64,000 bases of DNA, from contig JBJBDL010000003.1 in NCBI GenBank assembly GCA_047285305.1, positions 2,016,001 to 2,080,000 on the forward strand, in the 5' to 3' direction. The notes under the pieces are model-generated. The model saw only the letters and a program-made list of their open reading frames with translations, did not search any database and was not told the DNA's origin. A program made the translations under genes and the position numbers. The number at the start of each line of letters is the position of its first letter. The first letter of the stretch is position 1. Shown here piece by piece: positions 10,220-19,662 of the stretch. The DNA comes from Synechococcus sp. GTDB taxonomy: Bacteria > Cyanobacteriota > Cyanobacteriia > PCC-6307 > Cyanobiaceae.

Positions 10220-12385
10220 GTGCAAGGACAAACCCAGTCGATCTCCTTTGATGGACGCGAGATTCGACTGACCACCGGGCGCTTCGCCCCTCAGGCGGGA
10301 GGATCCGTCTTGGTGGAGTGTGGCGACACCGCCGTGCTTGTGACCGCAACTCGATCAGGCGGCCGTGAAGGCATTGATTTCCTGCCGCTGATCTGCGATT
10401 ACGAGGAGCGGCTTTATGCAGCTGGCCGCATTCCTGGCAGCTACATGCGTCGTGAGAGCCGCCCCCCCGAACGCGCCACGCTCACGGCCCGACTGATTGA
10501 TCGCCCGATGCGGCCACTGTTCCCCAGCTGGCTGCGCGACGACCTGCAGGTGGTGGCCACCTGCCTGTCCCTTGATGAGCGAGTCCCCGCCGATGTTCTG
10601 GCTGTGACGGGCGCATCGATTGCCACGCTGCTGGCGGGCATCCCCTTCAACGGCCCGATGGCAGCCGTGCGGGTGGGTCTGCTCGGGGATGACTTCGTGC
10701 TCAACCCGAGTTACCGGGAGATCGAACGGGGTGATCTGGACCTGGTGGTCGCCGGCACCCCTGACGGTGTGGTGATGGTCGAGGCCGGCGCCAACCAGCT
10801 ACCCGAGCAAGACGTGATCGAGGCGATTGATTTCGGCTATGAAGCGATCTGCGAATTGATCAAGGCACAGGAACAGCTGCTAAAGGATCTGGGCATCACC
10901 CAGGTGAAGCCGGAGAAGCCGGACGAAGACAGCACCGTTCCTGCCTATCTGGAGAAGCAGTGCACCAAGGCGATCAGCGCTGTCCTCAGCAAATTTGATC
11001 AGAGCAAGGACGAGCGGGACACAGCCCTGGAAACCGTGAAGGGCGAGGTGTCCGAGACCATCGCAGGTCTCAAGGAAGACCATGCCGTTCGCCAAGCCCT
11101 CGCCAGCAGCCCGAAACTGCTCGGCAACAGCTTCAAGGCGCTGACCAAGAAGCTGATGCGTCAGCAGATTCTCAAAGACGGCAAGCGTGTGGATGGACGC
11201 GGCCTCGACGAGGTTCGCCAGATCAGCGCAATGGCCGGCGTCCTGCCGCGCCGGGTGCATGGTTCTGGTCTGTTCCAGCGCGGACTCACCCAGGTGCTCT
11301 CAACCGCAACGCTGGGCACCCCCAGCGATGCCCAGGAGATGGACGACCTCCATCCCAACACCGAGAAGCTGTACCTGCACCACTACAACTTCCCTCCCTA
11401 CTCCGTCGGTGAAACGCGGCCGATGCGCTCCCCCGGTCGTCGTGAGATCGGCCATGGCGCCCTGGCCGAACGCGCAATTCTTCCGGTGCTTCCCGAGAAG
11501 GACACCTTCCCCTACGTGGTGCGTGTGGTGAGCGAAGTGCTCAGCTCCAATGGCTCCACCTCAATGGGTTCCGTCTGCGGCAGCACCCTGTCGTTGATGG
11601 ATGCCGGTGTGCCGCTGAAGGCTCCGGTAAGTGGCGCTGCCATGGGTCTGATCAAAGAGGGCGATGAGGTGCGGATCCTCACCGACATCCAGGGCATCGA
11701 GGACTTCCTCGGAGACATGGACTTCAAGGTGGCCGGCAGCGAGAAGGGCATTACAGCCCTGCAGATGGACATGAAGATCACCGGCCTTTCTGTGAAGACG
11801 GTGGCCGAAGCCGTCAACCAGGCACGCCCGGCACGGCTCCACATCCTCGAGAAAATGCTCGAGGCGATCGACACCCCACGAGACAATCTGTCTCCCCATG
11901 CCCCACGACTGCTCAGCTTCCGGATTGATCCTGAGCTGATCGGAACCGTGATTGGCCCCGGTGGACGCACGATCAAGGGCATCACCGAGCGCACCAACAC
12001 CAAGATCGACATCGAGGACGGCGGCATCGTGACCATCGCCTCCCACGATGGTGCCGCGGCTGAAGAAGCCCAGAAGATCATCGAAGGCCTGACCCGCAAG
12101 GTGAACGAGGGCGAAGTTTTCTCCGGTTCGATCACTCGGATCATCCCGATCGGCGCCTTCGTGGAAATCCTTCCTGGCAAGGAAGGCATGATCCACATCT
12201 CGCAGCTCTCCGAAGCTCGCGTCGAGAAGGTCGAAGACGTGGTGAAGGTGGGCGACGAGGTGACCGTGCGGGTGCGCGAAATCGACAACCGCGGCCGCAT
12301 CAACCTCACCCTGCGGGGCGTACCCCAGGCCGGCGACGCCACCGAAGTAGAGCCTCAGCCCACCCCGGTGGCACCGCTCAGTTGA
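10220..12385 (+). CDS. pnp: Polyribonucleotide nucleotidyltransferase
   Basis: Two RNase PH domains, [27 protein letters not shown] and S1 domains. Confidence 0.98.
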   Translation: MQGQTQSISFDGREIRLTTGRFAPQAGGSVLVECGDTAVLVTATRSGGREGIDFLPLICDYEERLYAAGRIPGSYMRRESRPPERATLTARLIDRPMRPLFPSWLRDDLQVVATCLSLDERVPADVLAVTGASIATLLAGIPFNGPMAAVRVGLLGDDFVLNPSYREIERGDLDLVVAGTPDGVVMVEAGANQLPEQDVIEAIDFGYEAICELIKAQEQLLKDLGITQVKPEKPDEDSTVPAYLEKQCTKAISAVLSKFDQSKDERDTALETVKGEVSETIAGLKEDHAVRQALASSPKLLGNSFKALTKKLMRQQILKDGKRVDGRGLDEVRQISAMAGVLPRRVHGSGLFQRGLTQVLSTATLGTPSDAQEMDDLHPNTEKLYLHHYNFPPYSVGETRPMRSPGRREIGHGALAERAILPVLPEKDTFPYVVRVVSEVLSSNGSTSMGSVCGSTLSLMDAGVPLKAPVSGAAMGLIKEGDEVRILTDIQGIEDFLGDMDFKVAGSEKGITALQMDMKITGLSVKTVAEAVNQARPARLHILEKMLEAIDTPRDNLSPHAPRLLSFRIDPELIGTVIGPGGRTIKGITERTNTKIDIEDGGIVTIASHDGAAAEEAQKIIEGLTRKVNEGEVFSGSITRIIPIGAFVEILPGKEGMIHISQLSEARVEKVEDVVKVGDEVTVRVREIDNRGRINLTLRGVPQAGDATEVEPQPTPVAPLS

Positions 12386-12392
12386 TCAGGGC

Positions 12393-13310
12393 TCAAACCT
12401 GAAAGCCGGGATCGATCTCGGCCATGGCCTGCGTCGCACGCTCTCCGAGCTCGACGTGGGCTTTTCCATGGCTGGCGATCAGACAGCCCGCCTGACGCAC
12501 ATCGCCGGTGTTGTAAGTGAGTTCGGCCTGATCGGCATGGGTGAAACGACCACCGGCCGCGAGCAGCACCGCCTCCGGAGCAGCCATGTCCCAATCCTTG
12601 GGAGCGCTCTTGCCGGAGAGGGAAAGGTAAAGGTCTGTTTCGCCTCTCAGGATCGTGGCCACCTTGAAGCCAACGCTGCCCACGGCCTTGGAACCGCCGA
12701 AATTGAGGGCATCAATGAGCTTGACCAAACGGTCGTCGCGGTGGCTGCGGCTGGCCACCAGGATCAGATCTGAAAACTCAGTTCTGTCGCTGAAGCGAAC
12801 CGGCGACCGCTCACCCTGACGGTCTTCACACCAGGCACCCTCACCAACGATGCCGATCCAAAGTTCATCCGCTTCCGGCAAAAGCACAACACCGATCAAC
12901 GGCCGCTTGTCGCGCACCAGGGCCAGATGAACGGCGTATTCGCCTGTGCCCTGCAGGAAATCCTTGGTGCCATCCAGGGGATCGAGAATCCACAGCCACT
13001 CCGCCGGCAGCGGTTGGCCTTCCGTGAGCTGCTCCTTGGCGGTCTCCTCGCTGAGCAGCGTCCACTCGGCCTTGGGGAACGCGGCAGACAGTCCATCCAG
13101 CAACCACTTGTTCACGGCCAAATCAGCCGCAGATACGGGCCCCTCTCCGCCTTCATCAACACTCAAAGCCATAGGGAAATCATGCGGAGGCTGCTCGCCG
13201 CGGGCATAGGCCCGCAGGATGTCAGCGGCACCCCAACTCAAGCGACGCAGTTCCGTCAGCAGAGCCTCCTTATCAACGCCAGCGGGGAGGACGGCAGAGC
13301 TGGGCATCAT
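12393..13310 (-). CDS. cysQ: 3'(2'),5'-bisphosphate nucleotidase CysQ / inositol monophosphatase family
   Basis: LLSEE, WILDPLDGTKDF, KDWDMAA motifs. Confidence 0.85.
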   Translation of the reverse strand: MMPSSAVLPAGVDKEALLTELRRLSWGAADILRAYARGEQPPHDFPMALSVDEGGEGPVSAADLAVNKWLLDGLSAAFPKAEWTLLSEETAKEQLTEGQPLPAEWLWILDPLDGTKDFLQGTGEYAVHLALVRDKRPLIGVVLLPEADELWIGIVGEGAWCEDRQGERSPVRFSDRTEFSDLILVASRSHRDDRLVKLIDALNFGGSKAVGSVGFKVATILRGETDLYLSLSGKSAPKDWDMAAPEAVLLAAGGRFTHADQAELTYNTGDVRQAGCLIASHGKAHVELGERATQAMAEIDPGFQV

Positions 13311-13336
13311 GATCAACAGAGGCGCTCGCCATTGTG

Positions 13337-14194
13337 ATGCAGGGGGATGAACCAAGCGGCGGCAGCCTTTATCTGGTGGGCACTCCCATTGGTCATCTAG
13401 GGGACCTGTCACCACGAGCCCGTGACTTGCTGCGCAGCGTGGATGTGATCGCCTGTGAAGACACCCGGCACAGCGGACAGCTGCTAAGAAGCCTTGGAGC
13501 GGGCGGCCGCAAGCTGTCCTTTCATCAGCACAACACCCGCACCCGCGTGCCCCAACTGCTGGATCTGCTGGCGGAGGGTCAAAGCCTGGCAGTGATCAGT
13601 GATGCCGGGCTGCCGGGCATCAGCGACCCCGGTGAAGAGCTGGTGGGCGCAGCGCACCAGGCCGGCCATCCAGTGATCTGCATCCCTGGCCCCTGTGCAG
13701 CCACTACTGCTCTGGTGAGCAGCGGCCTGCCCAGCGGACGCTTCTGCTTCGAAGGATTTCTGCCGGCCAAAGGCAAGGAACGGCGGGCCCGCCTGGACGC
13801 AATCAGCCATGAACCCCGTACAACGGTGCTGTACGAAGCGCCGCACCGCCTGATCACGTTGCTCGAGGAACTCCAGCACCACTGCGGAGGAGACCGTCCT
13901 CTGCAGGTGGCACGGGAACTGACCAAACGCCATGAAGAGCAGGTGGGGCCGACGGTGAGTCGTGCCCTGCTGCACTTTCAGCAGCACCCGCCCCAAGGAG
14001 AATGCACGGTTGTGCTGGGGGGAGCACCGTCGCAGAACGTGGAAGAACCCCACGACGACGACTTGCTCAGGCAGCTGCAGGAGTTGCAGAACGAGGGTGC
14101 AAGCGCCAGCGATGCTGCGCGGCAACTGGCCCAGACCACAGGGCTGTCCAGACGACGCCTGTATGCCCTCTTGCACCAGGGCACGTCAAACTGA
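13337..14194 (+). CDS. rsmI: 16S rRNA (C1402-2'-O)-methyltransferase
   Basis: LYLVGTPIGHLGD, ACEDTR, SDAGLPGISDPG, YEAPHRL, ARELTKRHEE. Confidence 0.95.
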   Translation: MQGDEPSGGSLYLVGTPIGHLGDLSPRARDLLRSVDVIACEDTRHSGQLLRSLGAGGRKLSFHQHNTRTRVPQLLDLLAEGQSLAVISDAGLPGISDPGEELVGAAHQAGHPVICIPGPCAATTALVSSGLPSGRFCFEGFLPAKGKERRARLDAISHEPRTTVLYEAPHRLITLLEELQHHCGGDRPLQVARELTKRHEEQVGPTVSRALLHFQQHPPQGECTVVLGGAPSQNVEEPHDDDLLRQLQELQNEGASASDAARQLAQTTGLSRRRLYALLHQGTSN

Positions 14195-14213
14195 GCACGT
14201 CGACGGTTGTGCT

Positions 14214-14450
14214 GTGTTGATTCGCCTGCGTCTTCTGCTGATCAGCTTTAGCGGTGGCCTGCTGCTGCTGCTGCTGCTCTGCCTTGGAGCCCAGAACCTT
14301 CAGGATCGCCACACGCTCCAACTCGGGGGGCAGCGCTCAGTGCCTCTTCCCACGGGTTTTCTCGTGGGGATTGCGATGGTGATCGGCGTGATAAGCGGCG
14401 GAACCGCGACGGCCGTTTTGCTTCCCGATCAGCGCGATCGCTTCGATTAA
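14214..14450 (+). CDS. Small membrane protein (LapA-like)
   Basis: Two TM segments with LGAQN motif; start codon uncertain. Confidence 0.6.
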   Translation: MLIRLRLLLISFSGGLLLLLLLCLGAQNLQDRHTLQLGGQRSVPLPTGFLVGIAMVIGVISGGTATAVLLPDQRDRFD

Positions 14451-14469
14451 AAGCAGTCAGCTGCTGTGC

Positions 14470-15180
14470 TCAGGCATCCAGCGCAATCAAGGTTCCGTCC
14501 AACACCAGTCGTGTAATGCCCCGGGCTAGCAGGTAACTGCTAGTGCGCTGAAACACAGCCGTGTCGGGAACCTTAATCACCCGCTGACTCCGCCCGCACT
14601 GGCGCTTGGCCGCGCGGGGGCTGGCAAACAGGCACAACCCCTGACGTTCCTGCTCGGCATCGTCGAGGAGGCCCAACTCGGGGAACTCCTTGAGGGGGCG
14701 CGCATCCAGCTCGACCACCTTGTCGACCAGCATGTAGGCGCTGTCCGGCAGAAGGTCGACACTGAATGGTTGGGCTTGATTCAGTGGGCGATCACTGAGA
14801 TTTCCCACCCCAAGCAGGGGAACAAGCTCCGTGAACGATTCAACGTTGCCGTTGTCATCGTCTTCGGAGAGCTCCTCCTCAGAGTCTTCGCCGAAGTCAT
14901 CCGCGTCATCCAGGGCCAGGCTGCTGTCGTCTTCCTTGAAGGAGTCAGCCTCTGATTCTTCCGCCTGAGTGACAGTTTGCGGGGGAGGGGTGGCCAGTCC
15001 TTTTTGCCTGCTGGCCTTCAGCGCGGCATATGCATCAGCTGGCAACAGTGCTTTCACCGTGCGACTCACGGTGTTGGGGCTGCAGCCAAAGGCCTCAGCC
15101 AAAGCTGATGTTGACTCGCCGGCCTTGTAACGACCGACCAGATCCTGCTTCTCGCTGTCGCTGAGACGACGCGGGGCCAT
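14470..15180 (-). CDS. Conserved cyanobacterial protein with N-terminal HTH
   Basis: N-terminal HTH (STSALAEAFGCSPNTVSR), acidic linker, conserved C-terminal domain. Confidence 0.75.
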   Translation of the reverse strand: MAPRRLSDSEKQDLVGRYKAGESTSALAEAFGCSPNTVSRTVKALLPADAYAALKASRQKGLATPPPQTVTQAEESEADSFKEDDSSLALDDADDFGEDSEEELSEDDDNGNVESFTELVPLLGVGNLSDRPLNQAQPFSVDLLPDSAYMLVDKVVELDARPLKEFPELGLLDDAEQERQGLCLFASPRAAKRQCGRSQRVIKVPDTAVFQRTSSYLLARGITRLVLDGTLIALDA

Positions 15181-15269
15181 GGATGCCGATCAAGAGCCCA
15201 TCACCTTAGTTGGCGCAAGGCTTCCAAATCCAGCCTGCCTGGAAGCAGCCTGCCAAGATGTGGCTGCTT

Positions 15270-15343
15270 GCTCCCTTAGCTCAGCTGGATAGAGCAACTG
15301 CCTTCTAAGCAGTCGGTCGATGGTTCGAATCCATCAGGGGGCG
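15270..15343 (+). tRNA. trnR: tRNA-Arg(TCT)
   Basis: Cloverleaf: acceptor GCTCCCT/AGGGGGC, anticodon arm ACTGC-CTTCTAA-GCAGT, T-loop GTTCGAATC. Confidence 0.97.
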
Positions 15344-15352
15344 TCAGTGCTA

Positions 15353-15390
15353 GCAAGGGGTTTCAGCGAAAGCCGAGACCCTTTTTTTTT
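15353..15390 (+). terminator. Terminator after tRNA-Arg
   Basis: GGGGTTTCAGC-GAAA-GCCGAGACCC hairpin followed by a T9 run. Confidence 0.65.
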
Positions 15391-15478
15391 GGTTGATACT
15401 TTCTGTGGCCCAAACCGCCCAATGGTTGGATTGCTTTAAAAGCTTGATTCCCCAGCGGCTACCACTGGTTGATGGGCC

Positions 15479-15832
15479 ATGGCAAGAGCCACCTCAGCAG
15501 AGTCCGCCAAGCGAGTCGAACACCTCCAGGGATTGATCCTGGCGGGGCAGCCCAACACCGCTTGTCTCACTTTTGCGCGACAAACGTGGGGGGTCTCACG
15601 ATCCCAGGGGTACCGGCTGCTGAAGAAAGCCTGGCAACAGATCAAGAACGACATCGATGAGAGCGGCATCGACCGGCAGGAGCTGCTGTCGTGGTCAATC
15701 CAAACGCTGATGGCCGCAGCTGGGCAGGCGATGCAGCAGAAGAACCCTGGCGCTGTGGTGGCCTGCATTCGCCAGCTCGATCACATGACCGGCACCGGAT
15801 ACAACTCCCACCGCGGCCACCTACGGCGCTGA
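15479..15832 (+). CDS. HTH protein resembling phage terminase small subunits
   Basis: 117 aa with HTH (FARQTWGVSRSQGYRLLKKA) and helical C-terminal region; TerS resemblance recalled, not searched. Confidence 0.5.
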   Translation: MARATSAESAKRVEHLQGLILAGQPNTACLTFARQTWGVSRSQGYRLLKKAWQQIKNDIDESGIDRQELLSWSIQTLMAAAGQAMQQKNPGAVVACIRQLDHMTGTGYNSHRGHLRR

Positions 15833-15966
15833 ATCGAATGATGGCCCTGGGTACTGACCAGAAGGGAGAAGGGGTTTCGAGGTCACAGGCCCCATTCCCG
15901 CCGGTATTGATTTGGATTTCCTTGTCGATGTTGCATATCAGCCTCAGGCAGAGATACAAAGAACAT

Positions 15967-15980
15967 GTAGCCACCGCTAC
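15967..15980. promoter_or_regulatory. NtcA binding site
   Basis: GTA-GCCACCGC-TAC matches GTA-N8-TAC, immediately 5' of the riboswitch. Confidence 0.75.
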
Positions 15981-15983
15981 CAA

Positions 15984-16043
15984 ACGTTCACCTCGCTTTT
16001 GCGGGGCGCAGCTCGATCCAAGCCATGGAACGGGGGCTTGGGC
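15984..16043 (+). promoter_or_regulatory. Glutamine-II (Downstream-peptide) riboswitch
   Basis: ACGTTCACCTCGC..GCGGGGCGCAG..CCAAGCC-ATGGAACGG-GGGCTTGG; CGTTC/GAACG pairing; upstream of a YRG-motif ORF. Confidence 0.85.
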
Positions 16044-16058
16044 TCTGCAGGAGCTGTG

Positions 16059-16229
16059 ATGACTTCGTTGTATTGGAACGGTTCAGCATTTGCACCACTA
16101 AATACGACAGCTGCAAAAAAAGAAGCAGTTGTTCTGCGTCTAGAGACAGCCCTCAAGGCAGCGGATGCCACCCCTTCTCTGAGATACCGCGGCATCAGGT
16201 ATCTGCGTCAAAACGGATTTGCTGCATAG
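16059..16229 (+). CDS. DUF4278-type small protein
   Basis: 56 aa with C-terminal LRYRGIRY; AGGAG RBS; lies behind the riboswitch. Confidence 0.75.
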   Translation: MTSLYWNGSAFAPLNTTAAKKEAVVLRLETALKAADATPSLRYRGIRYLRQNGFAA

Positions 16230-16292
16230 CCCTAAACGTCACCACGGTCCTTGTGGCAACCCGCGCTGACCCTTGTGTCAAACAATCGCATT

Positions 16293-16320
16293 AAAAAGGC
16301 GGGTCGTGCATTACCCGCCT
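16293..16320 (-). terminator. Intrinsic terminator, minus strand
   Basis: AAAAAGGCGGGT-N8-ACCCGCCT. Confidence 0.6.
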
Positions 16321-16442
16321 CGTCTAATTCTCCAGCCGAGCAAACCGGAGAACGCAACTTTCAAGCTCACAAAATGTAAAAAACGCGTTGGCACGACTGT
16401 GGATTCAACGCCCACGATGAGAATTAATACCCAGGGTTGTAG

Positions 16443-16679
16443 TCAGGCAGCGACAGCGGGACAGGCCTCCACGTGATGCACGGGCTTCCAGTTAGGGCAG
16501 CCATGAGTGAGGTGTTGCCCTTGCTCCAGCAGCGCCTCCATCAGGGCGCAGCCAACGCAGGTGTGGCAGTGAGCGTCGATCCCGTAGGTGAACCACGCGC
16601 ACGACATGCAGACCTTCTCGCTGTAGTGCCGTTGGATTACTCGGTCGTCAGCGTGGCCCCATTCCTCCATTGCTTCCAT
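16443..16679 (-). CDS. Small Cys/His-rich picocyanobacterial protein (putative metal binding)
   Basis: 78 aa with CMSC..C..C..C..QGQHLTHGC..W pattern. Confidence 0.7.
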   Translation of the reverse strand: MEAMEEWGHADDRVIQRHYSEKVCMSCAWFTYGIDAHCHTCVGCALMEALLEQGQHLTHGCPNWKPVHHVEACPAVAA

Positions 16680-16691
16680 GAATCATTTGCA

Positions 16692-16705
16692 AGTACAGAT
16701 GTACT
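16692..16705. promoter_or_regulatory. LexA (SOS) box, cyanobacterial type
   Basis: Palindrome AGTACA-GA-TGTACT about 12 nt upstream of the ATG at 16679. Confidence 0.8.
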
Positions 16706-16920
16706 TGCCCTGGCTCGGTTGGGGAAGCAAGCCCGCTGTGCCAGTCCCACTCGGATCTCACTGGGAGGCTGAGTCTCAAGATTGCCAGACTCGATCTGGA
16801 CGTGATGAAGGATGTCTCGTCGCATCCCATTCCCGTCTCAGTCGCCGGATCTCCAGGCGCCTCAGGCCCCTAATCTCATCAGATCAGCTGGACTGTCCTG
16901 CGTCACTGTGCTTGTGACCG

Positions 16921-17082
16921 CTACGCAGCACTTCCACCCATCAGTTCCGACACGTTGGGCATCGGGTCTGGCTTGCCATCGGCGATGGCGCGAGCGCGCA
17001 GGTAGAACCAGCTCTCCGTTTGCCCCTTGGCCTCCATGCTTTCGGCGATGGCTTTCCAGTTGTTGATTTCGGCTTGATCCAT
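16921..17082 (-). CDS. Small conserved hypothetical protein (53 aa)
   Basis: MDQAEINNWKAIAESMEAKGQTESWFYLRARAIADGKPDPMP; resembles a small family from marine picocyanobacteria (recalled). Confidence 0.7.
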   Translation of the reverse strand: MDQAEINNWKAIAESMEAKGQTESWFYLRARAIADGKPDPMPNVSELMGGSAA

Positions 17083-17225
17083 GGGGAGCAAATAAAAAAA
17101 TCTCCGGAACCCCTCAGAACCGGAGACCGTCCAAATGTCTGGTTGCAGCTCTGCATTCAGACCCGCAAACCCTAAAAATCCCGTGATGGTGTCGTCGGTT
17201 CGGATGACCGGCGACCGCTGGAAAT

Positions 17226-17748
17226 AGATTCGCGAGCTTCCCGCCCCGTCATCACAGACCTGAGGCTGGGCTTGCCACACCTATTCCACAATCGGTCGCT
17301 CTGCCTCAAAAGGCAATGAGCAGGACAGCTGATTGCCTGATGCTCCACCGATGACGAGAGTGTGTGTAATCGAGATCGGAGGAGCCAATGACGGCAGAAA
17401 CTCCACCTGAGCAAATCGTAGAAGCAGCCTGACTTTTCTGGCCCCTGCTCCAACTTTTCAGCCCAACCGTAAGCACTTCGTCTGTGACGACACTGATGTG
17501 CGTCTGATCAGTCGACACTCCTCTGCACCGTCCGTCTAGGTGCCCCGTAGGAGTCGCGCTTCACACCTGGACCAAATGGCCCCAGGGTTGCCACAAGCCA
17601 GACGCTTCGACCTTTTTCTTTCAGTTCACTGTCGTTCGATAGAGCATCACGCTTCACGGATACAGCTTCACTGATTAGGTCGACCGCAATGCATAAACGA
17701 GCGAGCTAGGCCGTCTTTCCATCGGGAAGGGCGGCCTTCCTCTTTGGC
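17226..17748 (+). ncRNA. Candidate large structured RNA, copy A
   Basis: Colinear conserved blocks shared with 22486-22970, covarying stems and a terminal terminator hairpin; 5' end uncertain. Confidence 0.6.
17388..17432 (+). CDS. Candidate 14-aa peptide MTAETPPEQIVEAA inside RNA copy A
   Basis: GGAGGA SD 4 nt before the ATG; start, length and stop conserved in copy B. Confidence 0.4.
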   Translation: MTAETPPEQIVEAA

Positions 17749-17889
17749 CTCTGTACTGCGAAGAAGTAAGTAATCGCTTAAACACGACAGCGCCCTGCTT
17801 GTGGTGCGTAATGGCCCGGGGCTTGAAGACCCCTGGCTTTTATTGCCTTATTGCTAGGACTGTTATGACCTCTGTTGGAACGACTAAAA

Positions 17890-18252
17890 ATGAAATATTT
17901 ACTTTTTCTCCTCTCTCTGGGACTCTTTTCGGGTCAGACCGCAATGGCGAGGCCTTGGCTTTATGCCTCGACTTTTCGCTCTTCTGCGCCAGGATATGAA
18001 TGCTTGAATCTTGCTGCGGACGTCTTAAAAGACGAGGGATTTACCAGGCATTTAGAGACTATAGGATTTACGGGAAACTTAGGTGGCAAGGGCGGAAGTG
18101 TCCAAGGATACCTGAGAAATAGTCAGGTTGTCGCCGAAATAAAATGCAATCAATCCTTGGGATTTCGCATGCTTATTGTTTCAGGCAATGATAGTAAACT
18201 TTCATACAATAAGTACTCTAGCCTTTATGACAATCTCCGTGTTTATCGATAG
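17890..18252 (+). CDS. AT-rich exported hypothetical protein
   Basis: Signal peptide MKYLLFLLSLGLFSGQTAMA, two Cys, atypical codon usage. Confidence 0.7.
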   Translation: MKYLLFLLSLGLFSGQTAMARPWLYASTFRSSAPGYECLNLAADVLKDEGFTRHLETIGFTGNLGGKGGSVQGYLRNSQVVAEIKCNQSLGFRMLIVSGNDSKLSYNKYSSLYDNLRVYR

Positions 18253-18400
18253 TAATTTTCAGGGCTCTAGAATTTTTTGCCTTCATGTTGATTGATGATT
18301 GCATTGGGTCCTTTTCGCTTTGCAGGGATTGGGTCATCCGAAGGCGCGTTGTTTATCTAGCCTGTGGTTGTCAAAACAGTAGACAGATAGGGACGGCTAG

Positions 18401-18604
18401 ATGGAATTAATGACGATCAGCGAGGCTGCAAGACGCCTCGGATATAAGTCCAGATCTCAGCTCTACAGACTGATGAACGACGGCTTCCTGCAGCATGTCC
18501 ATGTGCAGCAGCACACGGGACAGCATTTGGTTGACATAGAGGGGCTGAGGGAAAAGCTGCAGTGCATTTGCCAGTGGCGTCCCGACAGCGTGTTCCTTCG
18601 TTAA
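18401..18604 (+). CDS. Excisionase/AlpA-like HTH DNA-binding protein
   Basis: LMTISEAARRLGYKSRSQLYRLMNDG is a typical Xis/HTH_17 pattern. Confidence 0.7.
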   Translation: MELMTISEAARRLGYKSRSQLYRLMNDGFLQHVHVQQHTGQHLVDIEGLREKLQCICQWRPDSVFLR

Positions 18605-18629
18605 AGCAGCATCGGCTCAGGGCCTCAAG

Positions 18630-18854
18630 TCAAGGCCGAGAGTCTTCCTTGTGCTGCCATCGTTCAAGTCGCCTTAATTCCATAATTTCCAATCTTCTTC
18701 TGTTGGTTTCAATCTCAGCCTCGCGGGCTAAATGTTCAAGCTGAGCATTAGTACGCTTTTGGTGTCGAGAAGATACAAAAGACATCGGGACTATGCAATT
18801 CGATGTGTTGAAACTAAAAGCCTCGAGAAATTGGCGCGTGAAAGCGTTACCCAA
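18630..18854 (-). CDS. Small hypothetical coiled-coil protein
   Basis: Charged helical C-terminal half; true start probably internal (MSFVSS). Confidence 0.35.
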   Translation of the reverse strand: MGNAFTRQFLEAFSFNTSNCIVPMSFVSSRHQKRTNAQLEHLAREAEIETNRRRLEIMELRRLERWQHKEDSRP

Positions 18855-19077
18855 CTAAACCAATTCATATAGTTAAGTAACGTCTTGTGCCATATGCAGT
18901 GCGATGCTGCTGTTGACAGAGCTGCAATGAGCGACGTTGCGCAATGTGATTGAGCTGGCTGAGGACAGCTAACGCTTAATGAGTTTAATCTTCAGGGCAA
19001 AGAGTGCATTAAGGGGGCGTTGATACTCCAACGCCAAAACCAGGAGAGCTACGAAAGAGGTCACTGGGGCTCACCTT

Positions 19078-19287
19078 GTGTCTAAAGCATCTTTTCTTGA
19101 CGAAGGGCCTGATGACCTCCCGCCACTGAAGTTCGTGACTGGGCACGAGGGAAGAGAGGCAGAGCGCCTAAATCGATTTATTTGGGAGAGACTCGTATGC
19201 CTGCTTGAGCACGGCGAAGAGCGGGAAGCAAACTCACTACTTGAGGAGTTCGACGAGCCTCCCCTTTGGGACGACATCCTTTATTAA
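19078..19287 (+). CDS. Small acidic hypothetical protein
   Basis: 69 aa with plausible protein composition. Confidence 0.5.
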   Translation: MSKASFLDEGPDDLPPLKFVTGHEGREAERLNRFIWERLVCLLEHGEEREANSLLEEFDEPPLWDDILY

Positions 19288-19363
19288 CTAAATCAGTCTT
19301 CGCACTCAGCTATGACGCTGCGGAACATGATTGAGCTGGCTCAGGATGCTGATGGACTAGCGA

Positions 19364-19573
19364 CTACTGGAAAGCCGACTGACCTACATCGCTGAACTGG
19401 TAGCTCTCTCTGCGTAGGTCTTCTTCAAGCATTTGTAGTTTTGCGGTCAAGACGGCAACTTTCGTACTGTGACCAATGGACGAGAAGTAGGCAAGCCGAC
19501 AAGCCTCCCATCGAAGACCGAACCGAAGTCTCTCTATTGGAGTTTTGGCTGCTCGCATCTCACTCCTTATCAA
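19364..19573 (-). CDS. Small hypothetical protein
   Basis: AAGGAG RBS before an internal ATG (MRAAKTPIERL); helical. Confidence 0.45.
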   Translation of the reverse strand: MIRSEMRAAKTPIERLRFGLRWEACRLAYFSSIGHSTKVAVLTAKLQMLEEDLRRESYQFSDVGQSAFQ

Positions 19574-19662
19574 GGGAGTAAAAAACTAAAAAGAAAAAAT
19601 CGGTTGACGTAGGGATTGTGTCTGCGAGCGTTTAGTGATTACCGCCCCGCCCGCCTGAGTCG

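Noticed and set aside
17172..17518. Minus-strand ORFs over the repeat (17172-17453, 17306-17518; also 22431-22796)
   Set aside because: Similarity between copies switches frames and starts and stops differ; terminator polarity favours the plus strand.
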